DNA of 64,000 bases, taken from the NCBI GenBank assembly GCA_002269645.1, contig NIVC01000270.1:1-64000 (forward strand). Direction: 5' to 3'. The notes beneath the pieces were generated by a model, which saw only the letters and a list, made by a program, of their open reading frames with translations, ran no database searches and was not told the DNA's origin. Numbering within the stretch: the stretch's first letter is position 1; every line of letters starts with the position of its first letter. This document shows positions 31,000 to 44,400 of this stretch, one piece after another. The translations under genes were made by a program, and so were the position numbers. The DNA comes from Macrostomum lignano. Lineage: Eukaryota.

Positions 31000-31280
31000 T
31001 TCAGCGCTGCGGGTTCTATTCTACGGAGACGATTTTCAATTGCGGTTACTATGGAGACAATTTTTATTCTTGGTTGCTATGGAGACGATTCTGAGTTTTG
31101 GTTGCCATGGAAGCGATTTTAAGTTGTGGCTTCTATGGAGACGATTTACTGTTCTGGTTGCTATGGAAAAATATTCTGTTCTGTTTGCTTTGGAGACAAT
31201 TTTCTATCTTGGTTGCCATGGATGCCGTTACTATGGAAACGATTTACAGTTGTGGTTGCTATGGCGAAGATTTTTAGTTT
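31000..31280. repeat. Degenerate repeat with a ctatggagacgattt core
   Basis: Recurring gttgctatggagacgatt-like motifs. Confidence 0.6.
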
Positions 31281-31289
31281 GGGTATCCA

Positions 31290-34200
31290 TTAGATCAACT
31301 CTGCCTGCTTCAACACGTATTCAATAAAGACCTTAACAAATTCTTCGGGCACATTGGCCACCTTACGCTTGTAAACCTGCCCTGTTATCGGGCATCTCAT
31401 CTCATTCCAGCTCACAGGCACCAGCTTGCTGCCGTGCTGTCCGGAGGCCACAACAACACCGAGCTCGTTCTGGGCGGTGGTCAGCAGATAGGCTCCGTTC
31501 TGACCGAGAGTCAGCACCCGAGCCTGGACAATGTCGCCGGCTCTGAAACAGTCGGCCAACTCAACTCGATCGCGCTCGGTGGCGCGGACATCCTCTCGGC
31601 GAATCTGCGCCTTGAATCCGGGATGCAGCTTGACCCGGTTGCAGGCCAGCAGGGTGCAGTGGGCCACCCGGTTGGTAACGCGGACCACCTGGAGTGAATC
31701 GGCGTGTTTAATTAATGCACTTGCTGCGTTTCGCGGGCGTTTTACAGTTCCTGCAATACTGTCTGTCTGCCTTAGTGTCTGTCTGTCTGTCTGCCTTAGT
31801 GTCTGTCTGTCTGTCCGGCTGCCTTAGTGTCTGTCTGTCTGTCCGTCTGCCTTAGTGTCTGTCTGTCTGTCCGTCTGCCTTAGTGTCTGCCTGTCTGCTT
31901 GCCTGCCTTAGTGTCTATCTGTCTGTCCGTATGGCTTAGTGTCTGTCTGTCAGTCCTTCTGCCTTAGTGTCTGTCTGTCAGTCCTTCTGCCTTAGTGTCT
32001 GTCTGTCTGTCCGTCTGCCTTAGTGTCTGAGGTGCCGGGCGTGTTTTGATGTACTACACTGCACCTGACTCACCTGAGTCCAATAATGAGTAACTCTAAC
32101 TAGCCAGCCAGCCTAACTAACCAAACCGGCCTACTCCGGTGTACGCTGCTCTGCGTACTTTCCCTCTCTCCCCTTGACATGATAATATTTAGTAGTGATC
32201 GATGCTGAGCTTTAAGCCCACTTACTTTTTTGTCTTTTAAGCCTATATATTGGTCTCGCCACCTACCACCTCGTATCTCACGTTTATTGCAATATTTCGC
32301 TCGTCTCAAATACACAACTTCGTACTTGACTCAAATCAAGCCCACGGGCGGCCTTGTCATCGTTTTCTGGGCGCGACTTGACAATGGCGTTGTAAGCAAA
32401 CAACTCCGAACTAAACTTGGATGACCCAGACACAGCCGAAGCCTGGCTGCTAAGCTTTGCGGCTGCCGCACGAACCAAGAAACTGACGGACACACAAGAA
32501 GATCGGCAGATCACCGATCTATTCCTCGCCAGGGCAGGTCTCAAGGCGCTGAGAACGCTGTCCCTCATGGCTGCCCCGGCCAGCCTGGAGAAAAAACATT
32601 TGCACAAATCCGAGACATCATCAAGGAGACAATCCGGCCCAAGAAGCGCCTCGATATTACCGAACGAGCGAAATTCCTCGCCCTCAGGCAGGACCCAAGC
32701 GAAAGTGTCGCCTCCTACTACCGTCGACTCCGTGCAGCAGCGGCTACGTGTAGCTTTGAGAAGCTCGGGACGAAACAGTCAAGCGAGGACGAGCTCATCA
32801 CCATGCGGCTCGTGGACGGACTCGCCTCTGTGGACCACAAGCATAGACTGTTGGAGAGAATGCAAGCTACCGACATGCTGCTAAACGAGGTGCTGCAAAC
32901 ACTTGAGCAACTTGAGCAAATCCGCTGCTACAACACCAGCACCGGGGCCGCTGCCAACACCGAGGCCAGCATCGCCTATGCAGGGCGGCGCGGCACGCCC
33001 CCACAGCCAGCGCCGGACACCAGACCACCGAGGAACATCAGCAAGACGAAGTGCCAATATTGCGGCGGTTCGCACCAGCAAGGCGCATGCCCTGCGTTCG
33101 GCAAGCGGTGCACCGCCTGCAACAAAAAAAACCACTTCGCAGCCGTATGCAGGTCCCGCATCGTGCATCTAGAGACCTGGGAGGAGAACGAAGGCGCCGA
33201 GATGGAGCGAGACACCGCCAACGTCTTCGTCATCAGACCGGAGCGCAGAGAGCGGAACGGCATCTTCCGGCAGGTCAAAATCAACGGCAAAGAGCTGCAA
33301 ATGCAGGTAGACACGGGCGCTGATGTGAGTCTCATTCCACGGGGCCACTGGGAGGCACTTGGATGCCCAGCACTGATGAAATCCAGACGAATTCTGAGAC
33401 AGTTCGACGGATCGATCATAAAAACCCTGGGAGAGTTCACTGCCACGTGGGATGACCAAGAAAAGTTCCGCACAGTCGACTTGGTGGTCACAGCAGCGCG
33501 CAAGTCACATGGACTGCTGGGTCTTGACAATCTGGATTGGAACCCCGAAGGCCAGGCAGCCAGTGCTCAAGGTTCCGTAGTTCAACATCTCGATTGTCTG
33601 AAGGGTTTCCAGGCCAGGATCAAGCTGATTGAGGGTGCCAAGCCTTTCTACTGCGCAGCCAGAGCAGTGCCGCTGCACCTGCGTGACCGCGTCAATCAGG
33701 AGCTAAAGCGTCTCGTGACTGAGGGCATCATCGAGCCGGTGACGGAAGGCGGCAGCGAGTGGGCGTCCCCGATCGTCTGCGTCCTAAACCGAATGGCAAT
33801 GTCAGAATTTGCGCAGACTACAAGGCGGGGGTGAACCATCAGGTGTGCGGAGACACCTACCCCATGCCAACCGTCGAAACGATCTTCTCGGACGTTGCCG
33901 GAATGACTGACTTTGCCACTCTCGACCTATCTGACGCCTACTTACAGATCGAGCTCGAGGAGAAGAGCAGGGAGGTCACCACGATTGCAACTCCTTTAGG
34001 GCTGTTCCGCTACACTCGACTAGTGCCTGGCCTTAAGTCAGCATCCGCCATCTTTCAAAAGGCAATGGAGACCACTCTCGAGGACGTAAGCGGCAAGGTC
34101 ATTTATCAAGACGACATCCTCATCGGAGGTCAATCTGCCGAGGGTCTCAAGGCCAAAGTTGATGAAGTAATCAAGACTCTACAGGCGGCCGGCATGAATA

Positions 34201-37200
34201 TAAACCTCGCCAAATCCAACCTGGGGGCCAAGACAGTCAAGTTCCTGGGCTACAGAATCAGCGCAGACGGAATCTCGCCGGACCCCGGCCTGGTCAGCAA
34301 AATCATGGAGATCTCAGCGCCACGCGACCGTCGCCAGTTAGAGTCGTTCCTTGGTCTCTGCAATTTCTTCGGAAGATTTGTCAACAACTATGCGCACGTT
34401 GTCGAGCCTTTGAACCAGCTGCGCATGAAGGGAGCGGAGTTTGTGTGGGGAGCTGCGCAAGGAGCGGCCTTCCACCAGCTGAAGAAGCTGCTGAGCTCCG
34501 GCCCGATCATCCAGCCTTATGACCGAGCCAAAGAGACAACGCTAACGACAGACGCCAGTGAAAAGGTGGTGGCCGCCGTGCTCACGCAGGAAGGGCACCC
34601 CGTCATCTACTTCAGCCGGCGATTGACACAGGCGGAGGCGCGCTACTCCAACATCGAGCGGGAGGCTCTGGCGATTGTTTGGGCGATGGAGAGGGCTCGA
34701 CAATTCCTTCTAGGCAAGCGTTTCACACTGCGAACGGACCACCGCCCTCTAGAGTTCCTGTTTGGAACAAGACAACAACTCCCCAAGGTCGCCAACGCTC
34801 GACTGCTGCGCTGGGCCATCCGCCTCATGGGGTTCGACTTCGCAATTGAGTACGTCCGAGGAGCCCAAATTCCGCACGCTGATGCGCTCTCCCAGCTCGA
34901 CTTTGCCGACGTTCCGGACGACCAGTCTGAAGCTGCGACTCACCACCAGCACTTGGTGCATTGGGCTGGAGAAAGCGTCATTGGTTGGAATGAGCTAGCA
35001 GAGGAGACAAAACGTGACAGGCTGCTAGCAGATGTCATGCGCAGGATAGCCGGAAATCGCTGGTCAGGCTGCTCCCCTGCAGAGCGGCCCTTCAAGGGAA
35101 TTCGTCACGCGCTTAAAATAGATGACTCGGTAGTGTGCTACAGAGACCGGCCAGTCATTCCCTCGTCTTTGAGAAGCCGCGTCCTGGAGTTGGTGCACAG
35201 CGGGGCGCACCCCGGTGCCTCGAGCACACGAGCGCTGGTCCGCAACTCCGTCTGGTGGCCAGGCTACTGCGGCGACGTGGAAGGGTTTGTCCGTGCCTGC
35301 CACACCTGCGCCAAGCAACGCCAAAGCGGCCACAGCAGCGTCCATCAATGGCCGGCCGACTCTGAACCCTGGGGACGCGTCCACATGGACCACGCTCACG
35401 TCCCAAGGGTCGGGCTCCTGCTGGTCCTGGTCGACGCCATGTCCGCCTGGCCGGAGGCCATCCGAGTGCCGGACAAAAGCGCCGCGACCGTCAGGAAGGT
35501 CCTCCAGGAGGTCTTCGCCCGCAATGGAGTTCCACGAACCCTGGTGAGTGACAATGCTGCTGAATTTCATGATGAAGGGCTGGTGAGTTGGCTGAGCAGA
35601 ATTGGCTGCCGCGCTGTGAAAACTCCGCCATACCACCCCCAGTCGAACGGCCTGGCTGAGCGCATGGTGCAGACGATCAAGGTGGCCTCGGCGGGCTGGG
35701 ACCAGCAGGAGTCGTACGACGCGTTCCTGGAGCGGATTCTGCTAAACTACCGATGCGTGCCGCATGCCGGAAGAGAGTTCAGTCCAGCGCAGCTGATGGG
35801 CAGGCAGCTGCGGAACCCCATCACCATGAGAACAGCAATCCGGTCCGAGGTGTGGTACGCCCCAAGGAGAGGCGCGATCCCGGAGAAGGCAGAATTCCTA
35901 GCGCAGAAGAGATCCAACACGGCGCTGATCATGCGACAAGGCAACAGAGTCACACTCGCCCACCTGGACCAACTTCGGCGACACGAGCCTGACAACAATG
36001 AAGGCGGCGCGACTGCGACAACCGACCTGAACGGCGACCTCCGCTCAGAGGGGGCGGCGAAGCCCGCCGACCTGCCAACAGTGACGCCCGGCAGCGATGG
36101 ACCTCCGGTTTCGGCCACGTCAGAGCAGGTGGAGAACCAGCCGGCGGCGAGCTCAGTCCCGAGTACCCCCGAGTCCGGTAGTCACAACCGCTTAGCGGAG
36201 AGCAGAGCCGGAACTGACAAGGCGACTACGGCTCAGAGACCGAGCTACAACCTTCGAGCGAATAGAGGCGTGCCCCCGTTGCGATTCGAAGGGGGGAGAT
36301 GAGGTGCCGGGCGTGTTTTGATGTACTACACTGCACCTGACTCACCTGAGTCCAATAATGAGTAACTCTAACTAGCCAGCCAGCCTAACTAACCAAACCG
36401 GCCTACTCCGGTGTACGCTGCTCTGCGTACTTTCCCTCTCTCCCCTTGACATGATAATATTCAGTAGTGATCGATGCTGAGCTTTAAGCCCACTTACTTT
36501 TTTGTCTTTTAAGCCTATATATTGGTCTCGCCACCTACCACCTCGTATCTCACGTTTATTGCAATATTTCGCTCGTCTCAAATACACAACTTCGTACTTG
36601 ACTCAAATCAAGCCCACGGGTGGCCTTGTCATCGTTTTCTGGCCGCGACTTGACAGTGTCTGTCTGTCTGTCCGTCTGCCTTAGTGTCTATCTGTCTGTC
36701 CGTCTGCCTTAGTGCCTGTCTGTCTGTCCGTCTGCCTTAGTGTATGTCTGTCTGTCTGTCCGTCTGCCTTAGTGTCTGTCTGTCCGTCTGCCTTAGTGTC
36801 TGCCTGTCTGCTTGCCTGCCTTAGTGTCTATCTGTCTGTCCGTATGGCTTAGTGTCTGTCTGTCAGTCCTTCTGCCTTAGTGTCTGTCTGTCAGTCCTTC
36901 TGCCTTAGTGTCTGTCTGTCAGTCCTTCTGCCTTAGTGTCTGTCTGTCCATATGGCTTAGTGTCTGCCTGTCTGCTTGCCTGCCTTAGTGTCTGTCTGTC
37001 AGTCCGTCTGTCCGTATGGCATAGTGTCTGTCTGTCTGTATGTGTGCCTTAGTGTCTGTCTGTCAGTCCGTATGGCTAAGTGTCTGTCTGTCTGTATGTC
37101 TGCCTTATTGTCTGTCTGTATGTCTGCCTTATTGTCTGTCTGTATGTCTGCCTTATTGTCTGTCTGTCTGTCTGTTTCAGAGCGTATTTAACTTCTATAA

Positions 37201-38589
37201 ATCTTGTCAATCCCTGAAAACTGAAGTGTATAAAGCAAGCTAATTCACGAAACACACATTGCCTCACCTGAGCGACAACAATAGCGTCGATCATGGATGA
37301 CGGGAATGTGCGATTGTGCGACTCCACTCTCACAATGGCCTGGAAGCAATAACAGAAAGAAACCTGAATAGAAATTTAAAATTATAAAAGTCAGGCAAAA
37401 CAAGCCTATCTTACTTTTCCAGAGGCCGTCTCGGTCTCATGTTGCTCACCGTCCGCTGAAGCAGCCGCTCCATCTCGTTCCATTTGAACTCTGCCAAGCA
37501 GGCTGGAGTGAATCCAATTTTGATATTCGTGCGTGCCCTGGCCGGCAATGATTGCGTCATCGGCGCGACAGATTCTGTCCCCTTAATGAGATGAAGCGAC
37601 AGATGCTGATGGATAACTGATGCCTGCCATTCTTATTTGCATGCTTCAATGGGCATCTATTCTCACTGTGCTTCAGTGGGTATTTATTCGTACTGTGCTT
37701 CAGTGGGTATTTATTCTCACTGTGCTTCAGTGGGTATCTATTCTCACTGTGCTTCAGTGGGTATTTATTCGTACTGTGCTTCAGTGGGTATTTATTCTCA
37801 CTGTGCTTCAGTTGGTATCTATTCTTACTATGCTTCAGTGGGTATCTATTCTCACTGTGCTTCAGTGGGTATTTATTCTCACCGTGCTTCAGTGGGTATC
37901 TATTCTTACTGTGCTTTAGTGGGTTACATCTATTCTTACTATGCTTCAGTGGGTATCTATTCTCACTGTGCTTTAGTGGGTTACATCTATTCTTACTATG
38001 CTTCCGTGGGTATCTATTCTTACTATGCTTCCGTGGGTATCTATTCTTACTATGCTTCCGTGGGTATCTATTCTTACTATGCTTCCGTGGGTATCTATTC
38101 TTACTATGCTTCCGTGGGTATCTATTCTTACTATGCTTCCGTGGGTATCTATTCTCACTGTGCTTTAGTGGGTTACATCTATTCTTACTATGCTTCCGTG
38201 GGTATCTATTCTCACTGTGCTTTAGTGGGTTACATCTATTCTTACTATGCTTCCGTGGGTATCTATTCTCACTGTGCTTTAGTGGGTTACATCTATTCTT
38301 ACTATGCTTCCGTGGGTATCTATTCTCACTATGCTTCAGTGGGTATCTATTCTTACTATGCTTCTGTGGGCATCTAGTCTGACTGTGCTTCAGTGGGTAT
38401 CTCTTCTTATTGTGCTTCAGCGGGTATCTATTCTTATTGTGCTTCAGCGGGTATCTATTCTCACTGTGCTTCAGTAAGTTTAAATTAAAATAAAATAAGA
38501 ACTTAAAAATAAAACAAATGCAAAATACAAATAACTATAAACATACCTGGTGCAACAGCAAGACCTGCTAGCTGTATTGAAGTGTCCAT
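31290..38589 (-). CDS. EXOSC1: Exosome complex component Csl4; exons 38547-38589, 37415-37581, 37268-37339, 31290-31688 (~226 aa)
   Basis: Spliced product MDTSIQLAGLAVAPGDRIC...GQGTHEYQNWIHSSLLG...IRREDVRATERDRVE...FRAGDIVQARV...YLLTTAQNELGVV...VSWNEMRCP matches Csl4 motifs; all junctions GT-AG and in frame. Confidence 0.95.
31760..32027. repeat. TCTG-rich minisatellite (gccttagtgtctgtctgtct...), left part
   Basis: Resumes at 36656-37160; lies in EXOSC1 intron 3. Confidence 0.9.
32028..36655 (+). mobile_element. Full-length Gypsy (Mag-like) LTR retrotransposon, 4,628 bp, antisense in EXOSC1 intron 3
   Basis: 356-bp LTRs TG...CA (32028-32383, 36300-36655; 3 substitutions seen); 5-bp TSD GTGTC; PBS-like TGGCGTTG at 32385; PPT aaggggggaga; double Cys/His knuckle, VDTGAD protease, YQDD RT, RNase H and integrase. 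Confidence 0.97.
32417..36302 (+). pseudogene. gag-pol with two single-base frameshifts in A runs (~32591-32596 and ~33786-33788)
   Basis: Adding one A at each site joins ORFs 32417-, 32803-33834 and 33759-36302 (e.g. VLKPNGNVRICADYK). Could be assembly homopolymer errors. Confidence 0.75.
36656..37160. repeat. TCTG-rich minisatellite, right part
   Basis: Same unit as 31760-32027. Confidence 0.9.
37650..38470. repeat. 24/27-bp minisatellite (ttcagtgggtatctattctcactgtgc-like) in EXOSC1 intron 1
   Basis: About 33 tandem copies. Confidence 0.93.
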
Positions 38590-39227
38590 GAATTCAATTT
38601 GACAACTGTACAACATAAATCAAAAGAATATAAATTTAGTATACTAAACTAGCTAACGTTTTGCCCCCCTTCGGGGAGCAGAAATAATTAATATTCGTCT
38701 AATATAATATACCTTTTAGCAGGAGTACTTTAAGTGTTTTTCTTAAGCTTAAGCTTAAAATAGGAATTTTTGGAGATCGTTAATAACGCATTTTAGGTAA
38801 AACAAAACTATCAACTTTTTACAGTTTTTAGTTTAGAGCCCTGTATATGTCAACGTGTTTGATAAAAATTATTTTTATCATTTTTGATAAAAAATGGCCT
38901 TCGGGTGGCCAATAAGCAAGGGACGAATCCTTTTAAATGAAAAAAAATTCTTAGGGAGGGGGCTAGGAATCGAATTCTCATTTTAATTCCAGGCTTATGT
39001 ACCAATAAAACATGTTTGTGCAGAATTTTATAACAGACATTGAAATTCAACCATACTTGCCTTCTTTCAGAGCTACTTCTACCAGTATGCTTCAGTACGC
39101 TACCAGTACCCTTGTAAGCCTTGACATGTCAGCAATCCCCCCCACAAGCCTTAACATATCAACTCCCCCCTTGACATCTCAGCAATGCTCCCACGAGCCT
39201 TGAAATCTTAAAAAATCTGTCTATTTT

Positions 39228-39261
39228 CTAACCCTAACCCTAACCCTAACCCTAACCCTAA
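39228..39261. repeat. Interstitial telomere-like (CCCTAA)n
   Basis: About 5.5 perfect copies. Confidence 0.9.
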
Positions 39262-40219
39262 AGCATTGAAATTTCAGTAATTCTCTCTAAGAGTCTATAG
39301 CACTACTACAGCATTATAGCGATTCCCTGCAAGCCTCGACATCGTAGGGATTCCCAAATGAATCTCTTAACTTTGACATGAAGCTTCTTTTTTTTTTACA
39401 TTACGCTTTTTCTATCAGCGATCCCTCCCGTGAGGAGCCAACAAATAATGTAATAACTTTTTTCCAATAAACTACATGTAGCTTCTGACATTAGCCTTGA
39501 CATCTCATTTATTCCCCCGTGAGCCTTGACATCTCAGCTATAGATAGATAGATAGATTCCCCTCGTAAGCCTTGACATGTCAGCGATGCCCCCCATAAAC
39601 CTTGAAATCTAAAAAATCCCCTGTTAACCTTGAAACGCGCTAAAATCTAACCCTCAACCCAAACCTGACGTAAACCTAACTTTCACCCAACCTAAAGCCT
39701 TGAAATCACAGCAATTCTTCTTCCCTAAGCCTTGGCATTTAAGTGATTCCTTCTTTAAGAATCACAGCACTATAACGATTCCCTCCAAGCTTTGACATCG
39801 TAGCAATTCCCAAATGAATCTTTTAACTTTGACATGACTTTTATTTTATGTATACATAGTGCTCCTTTTATTTTTACATGACTCTTCTTCTATCAGCGCC
39901 CCCCCCACCGTGGCAAGCCAACAAAGAATGCAATAAAAAACTTAAGTAAAGTACATGTACTTTGAAGTAGCTTCTGACTTTTGCTTTAACATCTCAGAAA
40001 CCCCCCTGTAATCTCAGTTATTCTCTGTGAGCCTTGACGTCTCAGTAATTCTCCCCAGCACAGCACTGTACTATAGCTTCATTTAATTTTTATATGACAT
40101 TTCTTTCATGTCTGACATGACGCTTCTTTTGATTTTTACGTTACGCTTCTTTTATTCTTCCATGATGCTTCTTAATTTTTTAAATGACACACTTTCATTA
40201 GTTTTTATATGAGGCTTCT

Positions 40220-41055
40220 ATAATTTTTTCATGACGCTTCTATGCTTGTTTACATGACGCTTGTATGATTTTTACATGACGCTTCTATGATTGTTTACAT
40301 GACGCTTGTATGATTGTTTACATGACGCTTCTATGATTTTTTACATGACGCTTTTATGATTTTTACATGACGCTTCTATGATTTTTTACATGACGCTTCT
40401 ATGATTTTTACATGACGCTTCTATGATTTTTACATGACGCTTCTATGATTTTTACATGACGCTTCTATGATTTTTACATGACGCTTCTATGATTGTTTAC
40501 ATGACGCTTCTATGATTGTATACATGACGCTTCTATGATTGTTTACATGACGCTTCTATGATTGTATACATGACGCTTCTATGATTGTTTACATGACGCT
40601 TTTATGATTGTTTACATGACGCTTCTATGATTTTTACATGACGCTTCTATGATTTTTACATGACGCTTCTATGATTGTTTACATGACGCTTGTATGATTG
40701 TTTACATGACGCTTGTATGATTTTAACATGACGCTTCTATGATTGTTTACATTACGCTTCTATGATTGCTTGCATGACGCTTCTATGATTTTTTATGACG
40801 CTTTTATGATTTTAACATGACGCTTCTATGATTTTTTTACATGACGCTTCTATGATTGTTTACATGACGCTTGTATGATTGTTTACATGACGCTTTTATG
40901 ATTTTAACATGACGCTTCTATGATTGTTTACATTACGCTTCTATGATTTTTACATGACGCTTCTATGATTTTTACATGACGCTTCTATGATTGTTTACAT
41001 GACGCTTCTATGATTGTTTACATGACGCTTGTATGATTGTTTACATGACGCTTCC
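40220..41055. repeat. 18-20-bp minisatellite (catgacgcttctatgattttta)n
   Basis: About 43 copies; second array at 47860-48760. Confidence 0.95.
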
Positions 41056-41209
41056 ATAATTTTTTTTGTCTTGGCGTTAAAAGGCTTTAATTAAAAAAAC
41101 TCTACTCTCTAAAAATTCGAACCATCGTCCCTGCATTTAGCAGTTTAGTCTGTTTACCTCTAGGCTAGCTCTCATGAATTTTAGTACTTACCCCTAAATA
41201 GAAAATATT

Positions 41210-41430
41210 CCCAAGACAGCAAGCATCCCCCCAGTAGCAAGCATCCCCTAATACTCCTAGCAAGCATCCACCCAGATAGCAAGCATCTGCAGATAGCAAG
41301 CATCTTGCAGATAGCAAGCATCTTGCAGATAGCAAGCATACCCCAAATAATGTAGAAGCATCCTTCCAGATAGCAAGCATCCTGCACATAGCAAGAATCC
41401 CTAAATAGCAAGCATCCCTGTATAGAAATA
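41210..41430. repeat. ~20-bp degenerate repeat (agcaagcatc core)
   Basis: About 10 copies. Confidence 0.75.
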
Positions 41431-41459
41431 ATCCTATACATGTAGCCAAGCTTATCAAG

Positions 41460-44400
41460 CGCAGTAATCCTTGGCTATCGAGTGCAGTAATCCTTGGTTT
41501 ATTAATAGCAATAATCCATGGCTTATCGAGTGCAGTAATCCTTGGTTTATTAATAGCAATAATCCTTGGCTTATCGAGTGCAGTAATTCATGGTTTATTA
41601 ATAGCAATAATCCTTGGCTTATCGAGTGCAGTAATCCTTGGTTTATTAATAGCAATAATCCATGCCTTATCGAGTGCAGTAATCCTTGGTTTATTAATAG
41701 CAATAATCCTTGGCTTATCGAGTGCAGTAATCCTTGGTTTGCCAAGTGCATAATCCTTGGTTTATTAATAGCAATAATCCTTGGTTTATCGAGTGCAGTA
41801 ATCCTTGGTTTATTAATAGCAATAATCCTTGGCTTATCGAGTGCAGTAATCCTTGGTTTATTAATAGCAATAATCCATGGCTTATCGAGTGCAGTAATCC
41901 TTGGTTTGCCAAGAGCAATAGTCCTTGGCTTATCGAGTGCAGTAATCCTTGGTTTGCCAAGAGCAATAGTCCTTGATTTATTGAGTGCAGTAATCCTTGG
42001 TTTATTAATAGCAATAGTCCTTGGTTTATTGAGTGCAGTAATCCTTGGTTTATTAATAGCAATAATCCTTGGCTTATCGAGTGCAGTAATCCTTGGTTTG
42101 CCAAGTGCATAATCCTTGGTTTATCGAGTGCAGTAATCCTTGGTTTATTAATAGCAATAATCCTTGGCTTATCGAGTGCAGTAATCCTTGGTTTATTAAT
42201 AGCAATAATCCATGGCTTATCGAGTGCAGTAATCCTTGGTTTGCCAAGAGCAATAGTCCTTGGCTTATCGAGTGCAGTAATCCTTGGTTTGCCAAGAGCA
42301 ATAGTCCTTGGTTTATTGAGTGCAGTAATCCTTGGTTTGCCAAGAGCAATAGTCCTTGGTTTATTGAGTGCAGTAATCCTTGGTTTATTAATAGCAATAG
42401 TCCTTGGTTTATTGAGTGCAGTAATCCTTGGTTTATTAATAGCAATAATCCTTGGCTTATCGAGTGCAGTAATCCTTGGTTTGCCAAGTGCATAATCCTT
42501 GGTTTATCGAGTGCAGTAATCCTTGGTTTATTAATAGCAATAATCCTTGGCTTATCGAGTGCAGTAATCCTTGGTTTATTAATAGCAATAATCCATGGCT
42601 TATCGAGTGCAGTAATTCATGGTTTATTAATAGCAATAATCCTTGGCTTATCGAGTGCAGTAATCCTTGGTTTATTAATAGCAATAATCCATGCCTTATC
42701 GAGTGCAGTAATCCTTGGTTTATTAATAGCAATAATCCTTGGCTTATCGAGTGCAGTAATCCTTGGTTTGCCAAGTGCATAATCCTTGGTTTATTAATAG
42801 CAATAATCCTTGGTTTATCGAGTGCAGTAATCCTTGGTTTATTAATAGCAATAATCCTTGGCTTATCGAGTGCAGTAATCCTTGGTTTATTAATAGCAAT
42901 AATCCATGGCTTATCGAGTGCAGTAATCCTTGGTTTGCCAAGAGCAATAGTCCTTGGCTTATCGAGTGCAGTAATCCTTGGTTTGCCAAGAGCAATAGTC
43001 CTTGGTTTATTGAGTGCAGTAATCCTTGGTTTATTAATAGCAATAGTCCTTGGTTTATTGAGTGCAGTAATCCTTGGTTTATTAATAGCAATAATCCTTG
43101 GCTTATCGAGTGCAGTAATCCTTGGTTTGCCAAGTGCATAATCCTTGGTTTATCGAGTGCAGTAATCCTTGGTTTATTAATAGCAATAATCCTTGGCTTA
43201 TCGAGTGCAGTAATCCTTGGTTTATTAATAGCAATAATCCATGGCTTATCGAGTGCAGTAATCCTTGGTTTGCCAAGAGCAATAGTCCTTGGCTTATCGA
43301 GTGCAGTAATCCTTGGTTTGCCAAGAGCAATAGTCCTTGGTTTATTGAGTGCAGTAATCCTTGGTTTGCCAAGAGCAATAGTCCTTGGTTTATTGAGTGC
43401 AGTAATCCTTGGTTTATTAATAGCAATAGTCCTTGGTTTATTGAGTGCAGTAATCCTTGGTTTATTAATAGCAATAATCCTTGGCTTATCGAGTGCAGTA
43501 ATCCTTGGTTTGCCAAGTGCATAATCCTTGGTTTATCGAGTGCAGTAATCCTTGGTTTATTAATAGCAATAATCCTTGGCTTATCGAGTGCAGTAATCCT
43601 TGGTTTATTAATAGCAATAATCCATGGCTTATCGAGTGCAGTAATCCTTGGTTTGCCAAGAGCAATAGTCCTTGGCTTATCGAGTGCAGTAATCCTTGGT
43701 TTGCCAAGAGCAATAGTCCTTGGTTTATTGAGTGCAGTAATCCTTGGTTTATTAATAGCAATAGTCCTTGGTTTATTGAGTGCAGTAATCCTTGGTTTAT
43801 TAATAGCAATAATCCTTGGCTTATCGAGTGCAGTAATCCTTGGTTTGCCAAGTGCATAATCCTTGGTTTATTAATAGCAATAATCCTTGGCTTATCGAGT
43901 GCAGTAATCCTTGGTTTATTAATAGCAATAATCCTTGGTTTATCGAGTGCATTAATCCTTGGTTTATTAATAGCAATAATCCTTGGCTTATCGAGTGCAG
44001 TAATCCTTGGTTTATTAATAGCAATAATCCATGGCTTATCGAGTGCAGTAATCCTTGGTTTGCCAAGAGCAATAGTCCTTGGCTTATCGAGTGCAGTAAT
44101 CCTTGGTTTGCCAAGAGCAATAGTCCTTGGTTTATTGAGTGCAGTAATCCTTGGTTTATTAATAGCAATAGTCCTTGGTTTATTGAGTGCAGTAATCCTT
44201 GGTTTATTAATAGCAATAATCCTTGGCCTATCGAGTGCAGTAATCCTTGGTTTGCCAAGTGCATAATCCTTGGTTTATTAATAGCAATAATCCTTGGCTT
44301 ATCGAGTGCAGTAATCCTTGGTTTATTAATAGCAATAATCCTTGGTTTATCGAGTGCATTAATCCTTGGTTTATTAATAGCAATAATCCTTGGCTTATCG

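Noticed and set aside
30932-31327. 131-aa hydrophobic ORF antisense to the EXOSC1 3' end
   Set aside because: Derived from a degenerate repeat; starts at TTG; no recognisable domain.
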